From Psilocybe cubensis (taxonomy: Eukaryota): DNA of 64,000 nt. Shown here piece after piece: positions 39,605 to 52,267 of the stretch. How positions within the stretch are numbered: the stretch's first letter is position 1; every line of letters starts with the position of its first letter. Below the pieces are notes generated by a model. It searched no databases. It was not told where the DNA came from and saw nothing but the letters and a program-made list of their open reading frames with translations. The translations under genes and the position numbers were made by a program. The DNA is taken from the NCBI GenBank assembly GCA_017499595.2, contig CM038999.1:2790001-2854000 (forward strand), written 5' to 3'.

Positions 39605-40636
39605 TTAGAATGTTGAGCTAGCAATCACGTTTCTTGCTTCATCAAGCACAATGGATAACCCTGATACTGCTTGAATAGAAGTGCCTTCCAGATTCTCTTC
39701 ATGCCTCAAAGGGGGAAAATCTCCAAAAAAGACATAACCAGGTATGTACCTGTCAACGAATCTGCCAAACAATTAGGACCGGCAGGCTACACCAGAAACA
39801 GAGGACCACGAACGATTGGACGGCAGTATCTGACATTCCTTTTCCACCATTGCGGGATTTCATATTATGTTCCTGATCCAGTCTCCACTTGTACACCACC
39901 TCATAGCGCGATACGTGGCTAAATGGTGGCTCCTCCGGTTTGAGCTGGAGCGAGATCAATCACCCAGTGATTAAAGTAACGCCCTAGGCGAAGCACACTC
40001 TACCTGCACGAAGATGTCAAAAAAGCTCCATAGTCGCGAGTACTGTTTTAGGTATTCATTGATAATTTTTAAATCTGCAGGTCGACAAATGTTGTCGAGC
40101 CCACGGTTCAGCTTCCGCCGTTCTGAGTCCCAAACACCTCTCCACCGAGATAAAATTTCTTGTTCTGATATAGGGGAAAAGCCGACACACCAGCCTTCGA
40201 AGATTACAACATCTATCCTGGGAGGCTGTACTACGATTGTGCCAGTTCCATCGACAGGAAGACGGTCGCCTTCACCTGAATGTAAGCTTTTGTCAAATCT
40301 TGGCAACTCAATAGTGCTGTTGCCGGTTTTCAATGCAGACAAAATTTGCACTCCAAGATCAACATCATGGGTCCCGGGTTGTCCGCGGCCATTCAAAAGT
40401 GGATTGTCTGAGTTAGCGGCGGCCAGGAGCACTAAATCTTTGTGAGGAAGATACAAATCATCGATAGATAGGACTGCGACACGGAGAGAATGCGGTGGTT
40501 TCTGCAGCAAAGATTGTACGTGAGTGGCGAGATACGATTTTCCGGAGCCCTGTGGACCCTGGATTGCAACGAAAAGAGGTCTATGTTGAGAGAGTTTGCG
40601 CAGCACATACTCCGCGATGAGATTGAGAGCAGTCAT
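39605..40636 (-). CDS. TDA10: P-loop kinase, Tda10/D-glycerate 3-kinase-like, 3 exons
   Basis: PLFVAIQGPQGSGKS (Walker A), VLSIDDLYL, GRGQPGTHD, LPRFDKSLHSGEGDR, VVIFEGWCVGF, VYKWRLDQEH, FVDRYIPGY. Confidence 0.9.
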
Positions 40637-40815
40637 AATCGTGTAGAATCGTGTTGATCGCCAAGAGTGATGCCAAATTCGTACGCGTTTAGTAAATTAG
40701 TCATAAACAATTGAAACTCCGCTCGAATTTGACAGCAGCGCTGTTCCTGGCAAAATTACACGTCTGTTCAACGCCTTGGCCACTCCTTACGCTCTTACTA
40801 CGTTTTACGCCCATA

Positions 40816-41710
40816 ATGATGTCTGACACCGGCTCTGGTGTTGAACCCTCGCCAGTTCAGAATATTTCAGCACAATATGCTAAAATACAGCGGCAATATC
40901 AACAAATACTGGATCGCTGGACGCCCCATGTCCTCCAACGCTGGCTCTCAACAGCTGGTCTTTTGGTTGTGTTTATGCTCAGGATTATAATTGCTCAGGG
41001 GGTAAGTTGAGATTCTCGCATAATCTCCGCTTATGTGTATGTGCATTGTTCACCAATACTGACACGTCTTCATCTCAGTGGTATATTGGTTCGTTTTTCT
41101 TTTCTTTCTCTACGCTCTTGTTCTTACCTTGTATCGCTTACTTTAGTATGCTGTACGTATGATTTCTTCTCAATAAAATTTCCCGCTAATTTTTCGATTT
41201 ATCTTCAGACGCCCATGCCATCTACCTCCTCAATCTCCTCCTCGCTTTCCTTCAACCGAAGTTCGACCCATCCCTACAGGATGATCTCATGGCAGATGAA
41301 ATAGAAGAAGGGGGAGATCCTGTTAGCCCATTGCCCTCACAGCGGGATGATGAGTTCAGGCCGTTTGTCAGGCGTCTGCCCGAGTGGCAGTTTTGGTATG
41401 TTTTTCGTGGCAAATTTTTGGATGGTCGTAATCTCATTCCACTATAGGCTGTCTTCGACTCGTGCTACAATTATTGCTCTTTTCTGTACATTTTCTTCGG
41501 CATTTGATGTACCCGTCTACTGGCCAATTCTCGTTGTATATTTCTTCACTCTATTTGCGCTGACAATGCGCAGGCAGATCCAGTATGTCAACTCTGACTA
41601 GACCAAAATTTTTCGAGGAGTCGCTAACCATTTTTGATAGGCATATGATAAAATACAAGTATATACCCTTTGATATCGGCCGCAAAGCTCGTTATGGTGG
41701 GGCGAAGTAG
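40816..41710 (+). CDS. RER1: ER retrieval receptor Rer1 (multi-exon, with micro-exons)
   Basis: YQQILDRWTPHVLQRW...QG|WYI|VC|YAHAIYLLNLLLAFLQPKFDPS...DDEFRPFVRRLPEWQFW...FDVPVYWPILVVYF...MRRQIQ|HMIKYKYIPFDIGRKARY. Confidence 0.95.
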
Positions 41711-43949
41711 GCACTGTCGTCATTATGCATATACACGTCCATAGTGGACGTTTAATAGACTGGGTTAGGTTGGTCAGATACACCAGAAACTTGAGTCATT
41801 CCTCCAGCTGTTGCCTTGTTTCTATTCAATGCCTTTGAATTGAGCTCGGGATATGTGAATGGTGAGATTTAGTAACTGCGGAGGGCCAATATTTTGAATC
41901 TTTCAACTCCTCTCTACACTCATGTACGGTTTTGATCAAGTTTTGATTACGACCACCACACACACTGCCAGTGCGACACCATGTGTGTACTTTTGTCGCC
42001 TAATCAACCATGCAGAACCATATAGACTTTGACAACTGTAAACAGGTTTCGAAACCATATCACCTGAACAAGAGTAATACAATGCTGCAAATAGGGTTGC
42101 CGTCGATGGAACGGCGCAATGTCGAATTTCATCTGTTGAAATATAGGTTTTCACATAGCTTCTCAACACATTTATGGATTTATGTGAGTTCAGTCATCCC
42201 ATAATCTACTAAGACCCCTTATGATGCTTAACACAGTTTACTCTCGGGACACACATCTTAGCTTCAATACCTCAGGTGTCCAAGTACAACGAAACTGCTT
42301 TCCATGCCCTTCGGTTCATTGTTTACTGCTTTTCAGTTAAGCTCTGTTGGATGGTTCATAGACTTTGCCGTTCGGAGATGTTCTCGGGATAGGATGCGGC
42401 CCGATATCAAGAGCAGGTCAACAAATTCTCTTAAATGATACCTGTTGCCGTCTCGTGTCCGCGGCTTTGATCTATAAACTACCAACACTGTGAGATGGTT
42501 ATATAAAGGCGAATGTTGCGATAGTTTATCGCCTAGGTCCTCAAACGTGTAGACGCGAAAACTCAATCAAATACCTTGTAGAGTTCGAATACCTGTAAGG
42601 CTTCTGTTCACTAGATGCCGGACAAACTGACCATTGACATCTTAGATAACCTCAATGCGGAGCACCACAGCTCCAGACCGTGATTGTATGATACTGAACC
42701 CCGACTATATTCTCACCCCGTCGGGTAGACAGTCTAACAATAATATGCATGAACTGTATTTACTATTGCTCGCGATGGCTCGGGAATTGGTGGTTCTTGC
42801 GACGATCTCATCGTTGTTCTAGCGACATGACCTAAAGAACAGCGCATATTTCGCTTGGAAACGATGCGCCATTGCGCCCCCGTTTATGCAGATGGTAAGC
42901 TGGTGATTATTGGAGTACCCATCATCACAGCAATTAAATGCCATGAACAACTTTACGCAATAAAGCTCAAGCAGTTCATAAAGCACTCAGTCAATTATCA
43001 TTTACTTCAAATTGAATACTGTGAGTGAAAGCTTCTGATCAGAACAATTACTGAATGACAGTGTGCGAGCACTCTTTGCGGAAGTTATGTTGCTACTAAA
43101 TATGCTTCGTCACGTTGTTTGGCGATTTCAACTCCCAATTCAACTTGCTATTTTATTGCTTTGTATTATGATGGTGTGAGGTACTAATATAGGGCACTTG
43201 GGAGAGACTTTGCGAACAGTTGACCTCTAAAGCTTGAGTAGTCGTTTTCACAGAACTTCTGTCGAATATAGTACCGGCCTGCCAATACTGACCGTACTTT
43301 CCTCATAGTGTGTGGTAAGTTATGTCGTGACCATAACTGAAAGTATTGACCGGTCATTATGGGTAGTATGAAGTTCTCATTCCCGAGCCAGCACACATAG
43401 CTGTTCTAACCAAGCTCTCCACGGCCCCGAGATTGAGCAGGATGCAGGTTTTCCGCTTTTAGAAGTTGTCTTCAGAAAGTCCGATTAGCGCGTCTTTACC
43501 TCGAAGTAGCGCCCACAATCATCCTGAGGGGTGATATCACTCAAACTGAACCCTTTTTATCATAAAAGAAAAATGTCAAACATTATATAGACAAAGGAAA
43601 ACCATCGCAACGCAGAAAACAGTCTTGCGGCTATACAAATTTTTATAATACATTAACGTATTTCCTCCATTCCATTCGGATTTTGTGCTTCGCAGAACTC
43701 GAGCAAATTAATTCCCTAGAAATAAATATAGATGTAAAATAAAGAAAAGACATCGCGTTCTAATTCATACCCCCATGATCTACACATTACACCCACCAAT
43801 TCGGATCCAGATGGTACATTGAAATACTACAGGGCCATGAAGCCATATCAACCATTTTGGAATCCGTGCGGCCTTGTGTACGACGGGTGTCTGAGTTGTC
43901 CAAGGATTGACATCAAGCCAACCATGAGCGCTTATTACCGTGCCATTGC

Positions 43950-46330
43950 CTCATCGTGTAAAATATTCTTAGCAGCGTATTCTACTTGCTTGAATTAATA
44001 TAATCGATACAAAATCTAGTAAAATTTGGAGGTAGGTACTTGTTACACTGATGAGGAGAGGGAAAGCGCCGTGCTATTTGACTTGAAGGGTATTTCCCAA
44101 AACCTTCACCTCATCGTCCACAATGCACCAGGATAAATCGCATTCATATTGGGTAATGCCCTGTTATACGGCAGTGGATTAGCACAGTGTTTCATAATTA
44201 TGGTCATTACGAAGGTGGAAGTCAATTATTCGCTTCAAAGGAAGTATACAAGAACAGTGGCACCGCATCTCAGGAAACTGTTGTTACATCTTGTAGTCAT
44301 AGTCAGTCCGATGCGATATAAAAGAAGCTGAGATAATCCTAGACTCAGCAACCGTAGAGGATACTGCATGGAATAGGAACAGTTTGGAATTTCCGGGCCA
44401 AAATATCCTTGTATGACACCACGAGCCAAGTATGATGGAAGAGCGAGCAAGAACGCGTTGCAAAACGATTGAATAGGTCATGTGTCCGTAATAAATCAAG
44501 CCAACGTAACAAAATGGCAGTGTGAAGGAGTGGTTCCTGAAGAAACCCTGGGTTTGAGAAGGTCCGCTAGGTAAGTCAGAGTCACTCGCGCCATCTTCAT
44601 TTACTGTCGATCGTGATCCAGCCGCCGGTTGTCAAAGGGTTGAAATGACGCATATGCCCCACGGTAGAGAACGTTCAGGTAACTCTGAGGGTGTAGGCCT
44701 TCGTCAACAAAGGCGGAGACTTTGCAACGGGTTTTTGATGTATGATTACATGAATCACTCCACCATGACGTTTCGTACAAGAGTCTTTCGTACTTCAATA
44801 GGTTGGGGATCACTTGTGTATAGCTTTGATATATTGAATCGCAAAAAGAGCCAGCAATTTCTCTCTCTAGAGTTCAACTTCCTGTTAATTGACTATTGAC
44901 GGGTAGCTTGTGCAGTTTGTGAATGTCCGAATAAAACCTGAGAAATGTGTTACACTGAAATTAATGAGATTGGGCAGCAAGTTCGATATTCTCATGGAGG
45001 GGACTCACCTCACGATCCCACCACGAATTAGGAACCCAGAAAGGACTTCATACGGCAGACAATGACGCTCCCGACTACAGTAAAGATGATTTCTATGTCA
45101 CACGACAGGTAATTCTCCGAGTAAGACAACGCAGTGATACTCTGTATTCCATATTTTTCAGTCCTCGGAGACATTGCGCACAGACAAGGTTTGAGGTAAA
45201 TTAACAGAGGTGTCTCTGTTTTCATAGTTATGTTGAACTAAGAAGGTGAATACCTCGTGTGAATGGGATTCGGGGTACAAATATTCCTATTCAAGTTCCA
45301 TGTAAGAGATGCGAGCCTATACCACTCTTCGCGGAGTGTTTGCATCAAGGTTCACCGAGCCAGCCTCGCGCCAGCAGTCAACCACCAAGTTCTTTCGCTT
45401 GCATGGCTCGGAGACACTGTCTTGATGTAAAGTCCAAAGTTGGTACATTTAGTGGGCTCCGAAAGGTTTTTCAGAAAGATGCCCGCACCTCGTGTATAGT
45501 ATAAAGGACCATGACCTAGCGGATTCTATCTTTATCATACTTTTACCTCTGCCCGGTTGTCTATGAATTCCACGGCACCGGACCCTGGTATAACAGTCAT
45601 CTTCGCTTAAGTAGATCCGCCCTTTGCGATGTCGAAGAGCTTCTATTACCCCACAGGCAAACAAGAAATTTTCGCAGTAAAGGTCGAGGCTTCGTGTCGT
45701 TGATTGAAGTATCGCCATTGCCACGGGGTCAAGGGTTACTGGATACCAAGTAGAGTAACTTTACTGACATTGCTGTCAATGATATCATGTAAATCTAAGT
45801 CCAAGCGCATGTTGCATGAAGGAATTTCATGGTAACGAGCAAACTGGAGAAGATCCGAATTGAATAATTCCCAGACACCCCGACAAGAAGTAGCCAAGCC
45901 TTGGAAGAAGTTTGTTGCAACAGGTGTTTGTAGAAGAACATGGGAATTGGGATAGACATGAGAGGCATACGGACAGTAGCAGTGGGGTTTAGGGATCCTC
46001 TGGGGCAATGGTATAAGAGTACTTCGTCCCTTCAGGTAATCTGGGCAATCGATTCTCTAAGCGCCAGCGACGTCATCAATGTACGCCTTGAAAAGGGCAG
46101 AGACTGGAAACGACTTCAATGCAAGGATAGTTACGATTGACGAGAGAAAGTGTGAAGGAGGGTGAAGACACCGCTGAGTCGCAGATTGTGGGATATCAAA
46201 TTGGATTGGATAGCGTCTTGCTAGTGTCGCGTCTAACGAGGGGCCCAAGACACTAAGGGTTGATTATGTGTATGTAATTGCCGTTGTAAAGAAAAGCCTG
46301 AGAAGAGCAACGATAGCGTATGAACATGTT
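43950..46330 (-). pseudogene. Possible decayed F-box/LRR-like gene remnant(s)
   Basis: Only short stop-interrupted frames. Fragment ...LPLKRIIDFHL...*...ECDLSWCIVDDEVKVLGNTLQVK*HGAFPLLISV (~44040-44250) loosely resembles C-termini of agaric F-box/LRR proteins. Resemblance judged by eye; boundaries approximate. Confidence 0.25.
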
Positions 46331-46601
46331 AAATGAGGATAGGAAAGGAGCGAAACAATTGCAGTAAATGATCAATGACTGTAAGATACAAGAGCGCAAA
46401 CAACCAGCCTGTCAACTTCAAGGTACGTCTTAATGCGGTTGCGACCAAAGGCGGCATAGTTGACCACAAATTATTGGGAACCCGCAAAAGAGTACAATAT
46501 ATATAGCAATATATGTGGCCAGCCAGGTGTTTTCAAGTGATAAAATATGTGTGTCAAGGAATGCGCAGGTCATAGATTCATCTTCGAAGAAAGCAAAAAT
46601 G

Positions 46602-46675
46602 TGATTCGACCCAGGCTCGAACTGAGGACCTTCTGTGTGTTAGACAGATGCGATAACCAACTACGCCATCGAACC
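46602..46675 (-). tRNA. tRNA-Val(AAC), intronless
   Basis: Reverse complement GGTTCGATGGCGTAGTTGGTTATCGCATCTGTCTAACACACAGAAGGTCCTCAGTTCGAGCCTGGGTCGAATCA folds as a cloverleaf; anticodon arm TCTGT-CTAACAC-ACAGA; followed by a T run. Confidence 0.95.
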
Positions 46676-46779
46676 GACATCAAGTATACAAATATTAAAA
46701 TACAAATTTACATTATGTCGTGCGAAACCACTGGCGCACCTCCCTTGAAGTTCAGCGCGTGAACCCAATAGAGTCAGTT

Positions 46780-48479
46780 ATGTCCCCCACGTCGAAAAGA
46801 CCGTCGTCACCAGAACACTCCTCATTTACTCCCATTTTCTTTCTTTTAATTGCCGTTAGACTTTGGATATCATTTACTGACGTTTCTGAAATCTTGAAGA
46901 ACGATCAACAATTGTCCTCTCCATTGACTTCGTTTTCTCAATGTGCGAATTTCGTCATCAATTCCTTCTGGTTTTTCTCAATAAACAGGACTCTTACTAG
47001 TAAAAGAAGGAATATTCCTTTTCAATCATGACATAGATCCTTACTCGGGAGGATCGTTTCGTCACGTACGCGCCAAACCTCTTGATTACAACCCATACTA
47101 GGTTACTCAGGTTCAGCCTAATAGTCCCCACTCCTTCTTTCCTTCTTTGCGACGGTTCTACCAAGTTCGAGGAGACTTGCGTCTGCGCTGTGGACAGCAA
47201 GCGATGCCGTAGGCGCATGGGCTTTGGTTGAAATATGGAGAGCCCGGCAAAATCTTAGAAGGAGTTCAAGGGACCTGTTGGTCGCAGCATCGTGAGCTTG
47301 TCCCAACCTCTTGCAGTCGCCATAGACATATCTAACCACTAGATGAAGTTACCTCTTGAATCCATATTTATTCCTCCCTTCACTAGCATTGTCAACATCT
47401 TCACTTGAAAATACTGCACTACTGCTTTCAATAATGTTCGCATGTAATGGTGCGACCAATGTCTCCTTACCCTATCACTCTAATTAACGGCGTGTCTCCA
47501 GGCAAAGCATCAGCCTCGTTATTCCTATTATCTTCTGTAATTCACCTATCTTTCTCGTCGGGTGTAATGCTCTTGCCCATTCTTCTACTTCTCATCACCG
47601 ACCCTCACTCGCACATCGCCTCACCCAAACCGCTGTCGACGCCTCTCAAGAAAGCATATCCCCTTCTTGGAGAATTTCTATTTTACATGGGTATCCTCAC
47701 GTTGATCTCAACCTTCGTTGCAGGGAGCTGGTCATGGATACCGCAGACTTGGGGTGCAACGTAAGTTCATGATGGTCCAATCTGTTGACAAAATAATTAA
47801 TTCTATTCCGCTAGATTAACGCTACCCGATTTAGCCCCTAATACAGGCCTTTGGTGGTATTTCTTCACCGAGATGTTTGATCATTTCCGCCCATTTTTCT
47901 TGATGGTATTCACTGTATGTCTTTTATCGCTTACCAAAATGTATTTGGATCTCACTTTTGTCACAGGTCCACCTATTCATTTATGTCGTGCCTGTTTGCC
48001 TCAAGTTCCAGTATGCCCTTCATATTCATTTATTCTTCAAGTTGACTCAGTTTATCATTTAAGACACGATGCCCTCTACGCGGTGTTCATCATGCTAGGC
48101 ATCCTGGGGACATTCAAACCATATACAACGCTTTCAGACCCTGGCCTTTTCCTCACCGTATTCGCTATTTTTCCGGAAATATACCCATGTAAGTATCGAT
48201 CATGTCATCCCAAATTAAAGGGATGATATCTGAGCTTTTTCTATTCTAGATATGCGTTACCCCATAGTCACCGTGCTTCTTCATCTTCATGCATCTCTCC
48301 TGATGCCACTGTTCCACCATTTATGGCTGAGCCAAGGGACAGGAAACGCTAATTTTTTCTACGCATCAACGCTAGTTTTCGCGTGTGCCAATGGGGCTGC
48401 TCTCGTGGATTGCATTTGGCCGGGGCTGAGAATAGCAATTGGGCCTCATGTTGAAGGATATTCGATAGTGCAGGAGTAG
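46780..48479 (+). CDS. GAB1: GPI transamidase subunit PIG-U/Gab1 (multi-exon)
   Basis: LSSPLTSFSQ|..EGIFLFNHDIDPYSGGSF, YLLNPYLF, LPDLAPNTGLWWYFFTEMFDHFRPFF, FKPYTTLSD, LWLSQGTGNANFFYASTLVF. Confidence 0.93.
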
Positions 48480-48562
48480 ATGCCAAGTTTTGTAAATTTA
48501 CGCTACCTGACGAGCGATTTACCCAGCTTGTCAGGATTTGATAAGGTGTAAGACTAATCAGG

Positions 48563-50832
48563 TTATGGTCGCGAATCAGTCTGCAACATATCTTCCATAA
48601 TCTTGGGGTCAATAGGAATATTGGCATTACGGAGGTAGTCATCGTTCCTAGGTGTAGCATGAGAGTTCTTGTTCTTGGTGCATTATCAGGTCAAAAACAT
48701 ACCAGAACTGTATTAAAGTTGCAACTATAAGCACAGATTCAAGGGGATATGGCAAGAAACCCACCTTGGAATAATGGCGCGTTCCAGAGTCACAACTGTT
48801 AAATAAAAGCATGGTGTCATAAAGAAGTGTAGGGTTCGGGATGTCGAGAACATACAGGATAGTGACAATTGTCTTTCCATGCGTCCACCCTTTTTGCTTG
48901 GCCAACTTAACACACGCTACGAGATTGCATGCACTACTCGACCCTAAAAAGAGCCCGTCATGTTTCACGAGATACCGCGACATTGCTACAGCCTCTGCGT
49001 CCGTTATCCTGAGAACCGGCGAATGTTTCCATCAGTAATCAGAAAAGGGCACAAGGTGCGAAATTTACCGAAAGGCATCATCGAGAATAGGAAGGGCCAA
49101 TTCAATATTACGCGTCAGTCGGTTTATACCTCTTTGCACATAATCAGCATTGGTGGTAAAGAGGGTTGGGGTTGAGGTATCCACTTACATGCCTTCCACG
49201 ACCGTGTCTACCTGATGCCGCCGTTTGGTACCTTCGCTTTCTTTACGGTCAAACATCACACCGTATTTTACCTGAAATACATTGTCCCAATCTCAATTAC
49301 AGGATGACAAGAAAATGCGCCACATACCTTGTTGTATAATCCACTACCATCTGGGTCTGCAATCGCGACCAGTAGGTCTTGGTTCATGGATTTCAGATAT
49401 TGGCCAGTTCCAGCGACAGTACCTCCAGTGCCTATGTACACAAGTAAATCAAAAATGTCGTACATCTGACAGTATACGACGGTAGATCGTACCGGCACCT
49501 GCAACGAATGCATCGATACGGCCGCTTGTCTGTCTCCAAATTTCTGGGCCGGTTCCGTTGTAATGAGCATAGAAATTACTCTTATTCTGAAAGAATATGT
49601 TAGAGTTGGATAGTTCCTGGGCTTGTGAATGAAAGTATCTAACCTCAAATTGATCAGCAAAATATCCTCTAGCCTGGTTGTTATCATTGCTGAGCCCGTT
49701 TCCTTGACTCTCCTCAAAATGTACGTGTTGAGGGGGCTCTGCAACCAAAACGGAGGTAGATGGCGATTCAAAGGTATGCGAGATATGTCTGATGTTCATT
49801 TCAAGATTTTTCTCATCGATGATGTCAGTTTGTCCATAATTGCTGGCTTGCTGCTTTGCCAGATTCTAATGCACTTCAGCATACAAGGAACGATCATGAA
49901 AAAAGCTGGACTTACGACATACTAAAATTCAAGTAAGTACTGTGGTCATGCTTAAAAACGTTTACACGGACCTGTTTTTTGTCGACGATACTGGCAGGCC
50001 TGACTTTTTGCACCTCCGCACCCAATGCTTGTAAGGCTTTGACTTTTTCCTCTGCCACATCGTCGGGCATGATGATAGCTAGATAATAGTCATCATTTAG
50101 GCAACTATTTTCCCTTGAAGATTTTGATACAAACTCGTTTCGTAACCTCTGTGCTCATTTAATATCAAGGTGTATCAAATTAAATAACAACACTTGCCTA
50201 GCACGAGCAATAGTGGCTATTGAAATGCCAGTAGATCCAACGGTGCCTTCAAATATACGCGAGCCAGTGTACGGCCTGATGAGGCCTTCCCTCTCTGCAT
50301 CATTTATCACTGCAGATTGTCTTGTTGAAATGTGTATATGGCTGTTGCAATCAAAACATACTTTGCAATGCTACGCGATCTTTAACGCTTCCACCGATAT
50401 TCAGAAACTATTATCTCGGGTAAGACGAAACAAGGGTTTACAGAAGTTTATAGAATGTTTACCTCGGCTTTACCCAGAATCTCTATACCGAGAGCATTGC
50501 TTAAGGAATTAATTCTGACCAACGGCGTGTTTCCTGTTTAGCAGCAAAAAGATGAACAGTTTACAGCAGTTTTGATAGTATTCAGAGCTACCTATAAGAC
50601 CTGTGACTCCTTTTACAACCTCATCGCTTCGTAATTCAATCGGACGCGGCGAAAAATTTGGAATGTGTCTATCCTTCCTGCGCTGTTGCCAATAGAATGC
50701 GAGAGATGTCGAAGTCAGAGAGAACGAGAAACCAATAAAGACACCAATCAGAAAATGTTTAGTTGCAGATCGAGATGGCCAACGCAGCCACGACAACAGC
50801 GATTCTGGGACGATGATAGATGTCCAAGCCAT
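48563..50832 (-). CDS. Cysteine synthase-like PLP enzyme with N-terminal membrane anchor (Mcy1/Cys12-like; many exons)
   Basis: TM FLIGVFIGFSFSLTSTSLAFYW; GLIG|NTPLVRINSLS...GKAE|FLNIGGSVKDRVAL (PLP lysine); EGTVGSTGIS; DQFE|NKSNFYAHYNGTGPEIW; GTGGTVAG; GLFLGSSSACN; CDSGTRHYSK|FW|N. Confidence 0.93.
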
Positions 50833-51159
50833 GGCGGTTGTGCTCCACCAAACAAACGCGTCGCCGGATATGTCGCGGCACCGGGCCGATATGTCCGCTC
50901 ATGCGCGGGACAAAAAGTGACCCCTATTTTGGGTTGCAATCCAACTTTCAACTGTTTATTCGCCACATATCGAGTTCCCAGGAAAAACTGAGTCGGTCGT
51001 AGTAGCATCACGACTTGCGCTTGTCATCTTAGGAATGAATGGATCCGAGTGCACTTATCGAAGTCGTTCGCATGGCCCATGTCGGTGACGCGATAGTCTG
51101 ACTAAAATCATACCATTCGTCACTTGACTTGGGAACTCTGATATAAAGATCCTCTGTCC

Positions 51160-51806
51160 ATGCCAGCGAAAATCAGTGCTCTCATATCATTCAGAAAACG
51201 TTTCTTCAGTATGTCCAACATCACCCCCGTCAAAAAGACCTTCTTAGCCGCGCCTTATTTTGCTGTTGTCGGCGCGTCGAAGGATACCACCAAGTATGGA
51301 ACAAGAGTGAGTCCTCCCCCAGTTTCCTTTCACAAGAGAGCAGCTTATATGGATTGCATAGATTCTCAAATGGTACCAGGCTCGTACATTTAATGTCACG
51401 CCAGTTCACCCCGTAGGATTTCGATATCTGATGTGTTGGTGGCCATACCTATTCATCATGTACCCAACAGAAAGAAAAAGAATTGGAAGGACTGTCTACC
51501 ATCCCCACTATCGGTGAATTGCCTTCACCAAAGGAGACCAGTATTTCTATTATAACCCCTCCAAAGGTAGGATTCAGCGTGATGCACTCGTTAGCCATCG
51601 GTTACTAATGCCTGAATACACAGGTTACCCTCTCAATTTTGCAGCAGGCTAAAGACCTTGAAGTTCCTGCACTTTGGCTCCAACCTGGAGCGGAAGATGA
51701 TGCCGTTATTGACTATGTCAAGGCGAATGGTCTAGAGGACAAAGTAATCTATGGAGGACCTTGTCTTCTTGTTGAGGGAGATGACATTGCTCGCAGTTTG
51801 TTGTAG
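51160..51806 (+). CDS. CoA-binding (YccU-like, CoA_binding_2) protein, 4 exons
   Basis: FAVVGASKDTTKYGTR|ILKWYQAR...VTPVHP|...SISIITPPK|VT...ALWLQPGAED...GGPCLLV. Confidence 0.9.
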
Positions 51807-52267
51807 ATATGAAGCAACGTTGTTGTATCGTACTTGTACTTGCAATCTGTTTAATTTCCTCATACTTAACACGTTGGTACAATTCACATGAACGTTGAGT
51901 TAAGTGTTGTATGATGAATGGTTTTTCGGAGGCTCATTTCTGTACATGTGTCTGTACCTTGTCTTCTGAACACCACCTTGATTTCCTACGCAGCTCTTGC
52001 AATATTACTCTGCTGTTGCTCCGTGCAACAACGGTGGATAAAGGGGATCACATGCGGTCGGGCAGTCATGCTAAAAATGAAATTGCAGCATCTTCGCAGG
52101 CGGCGCTACCTACTTACATCACGGTATAAATTATTCTTTTTAGCACCAGCGGTGACCACTCCGACTCCTTCGTTATGGCCTCATAAAGCTCCATCCACCC
52201 GCTTAAAGAGCTTTTGCATTCTCCTTGTCTCCTTTATGACCCACTGCATACAATCTTCTCAATCAAG

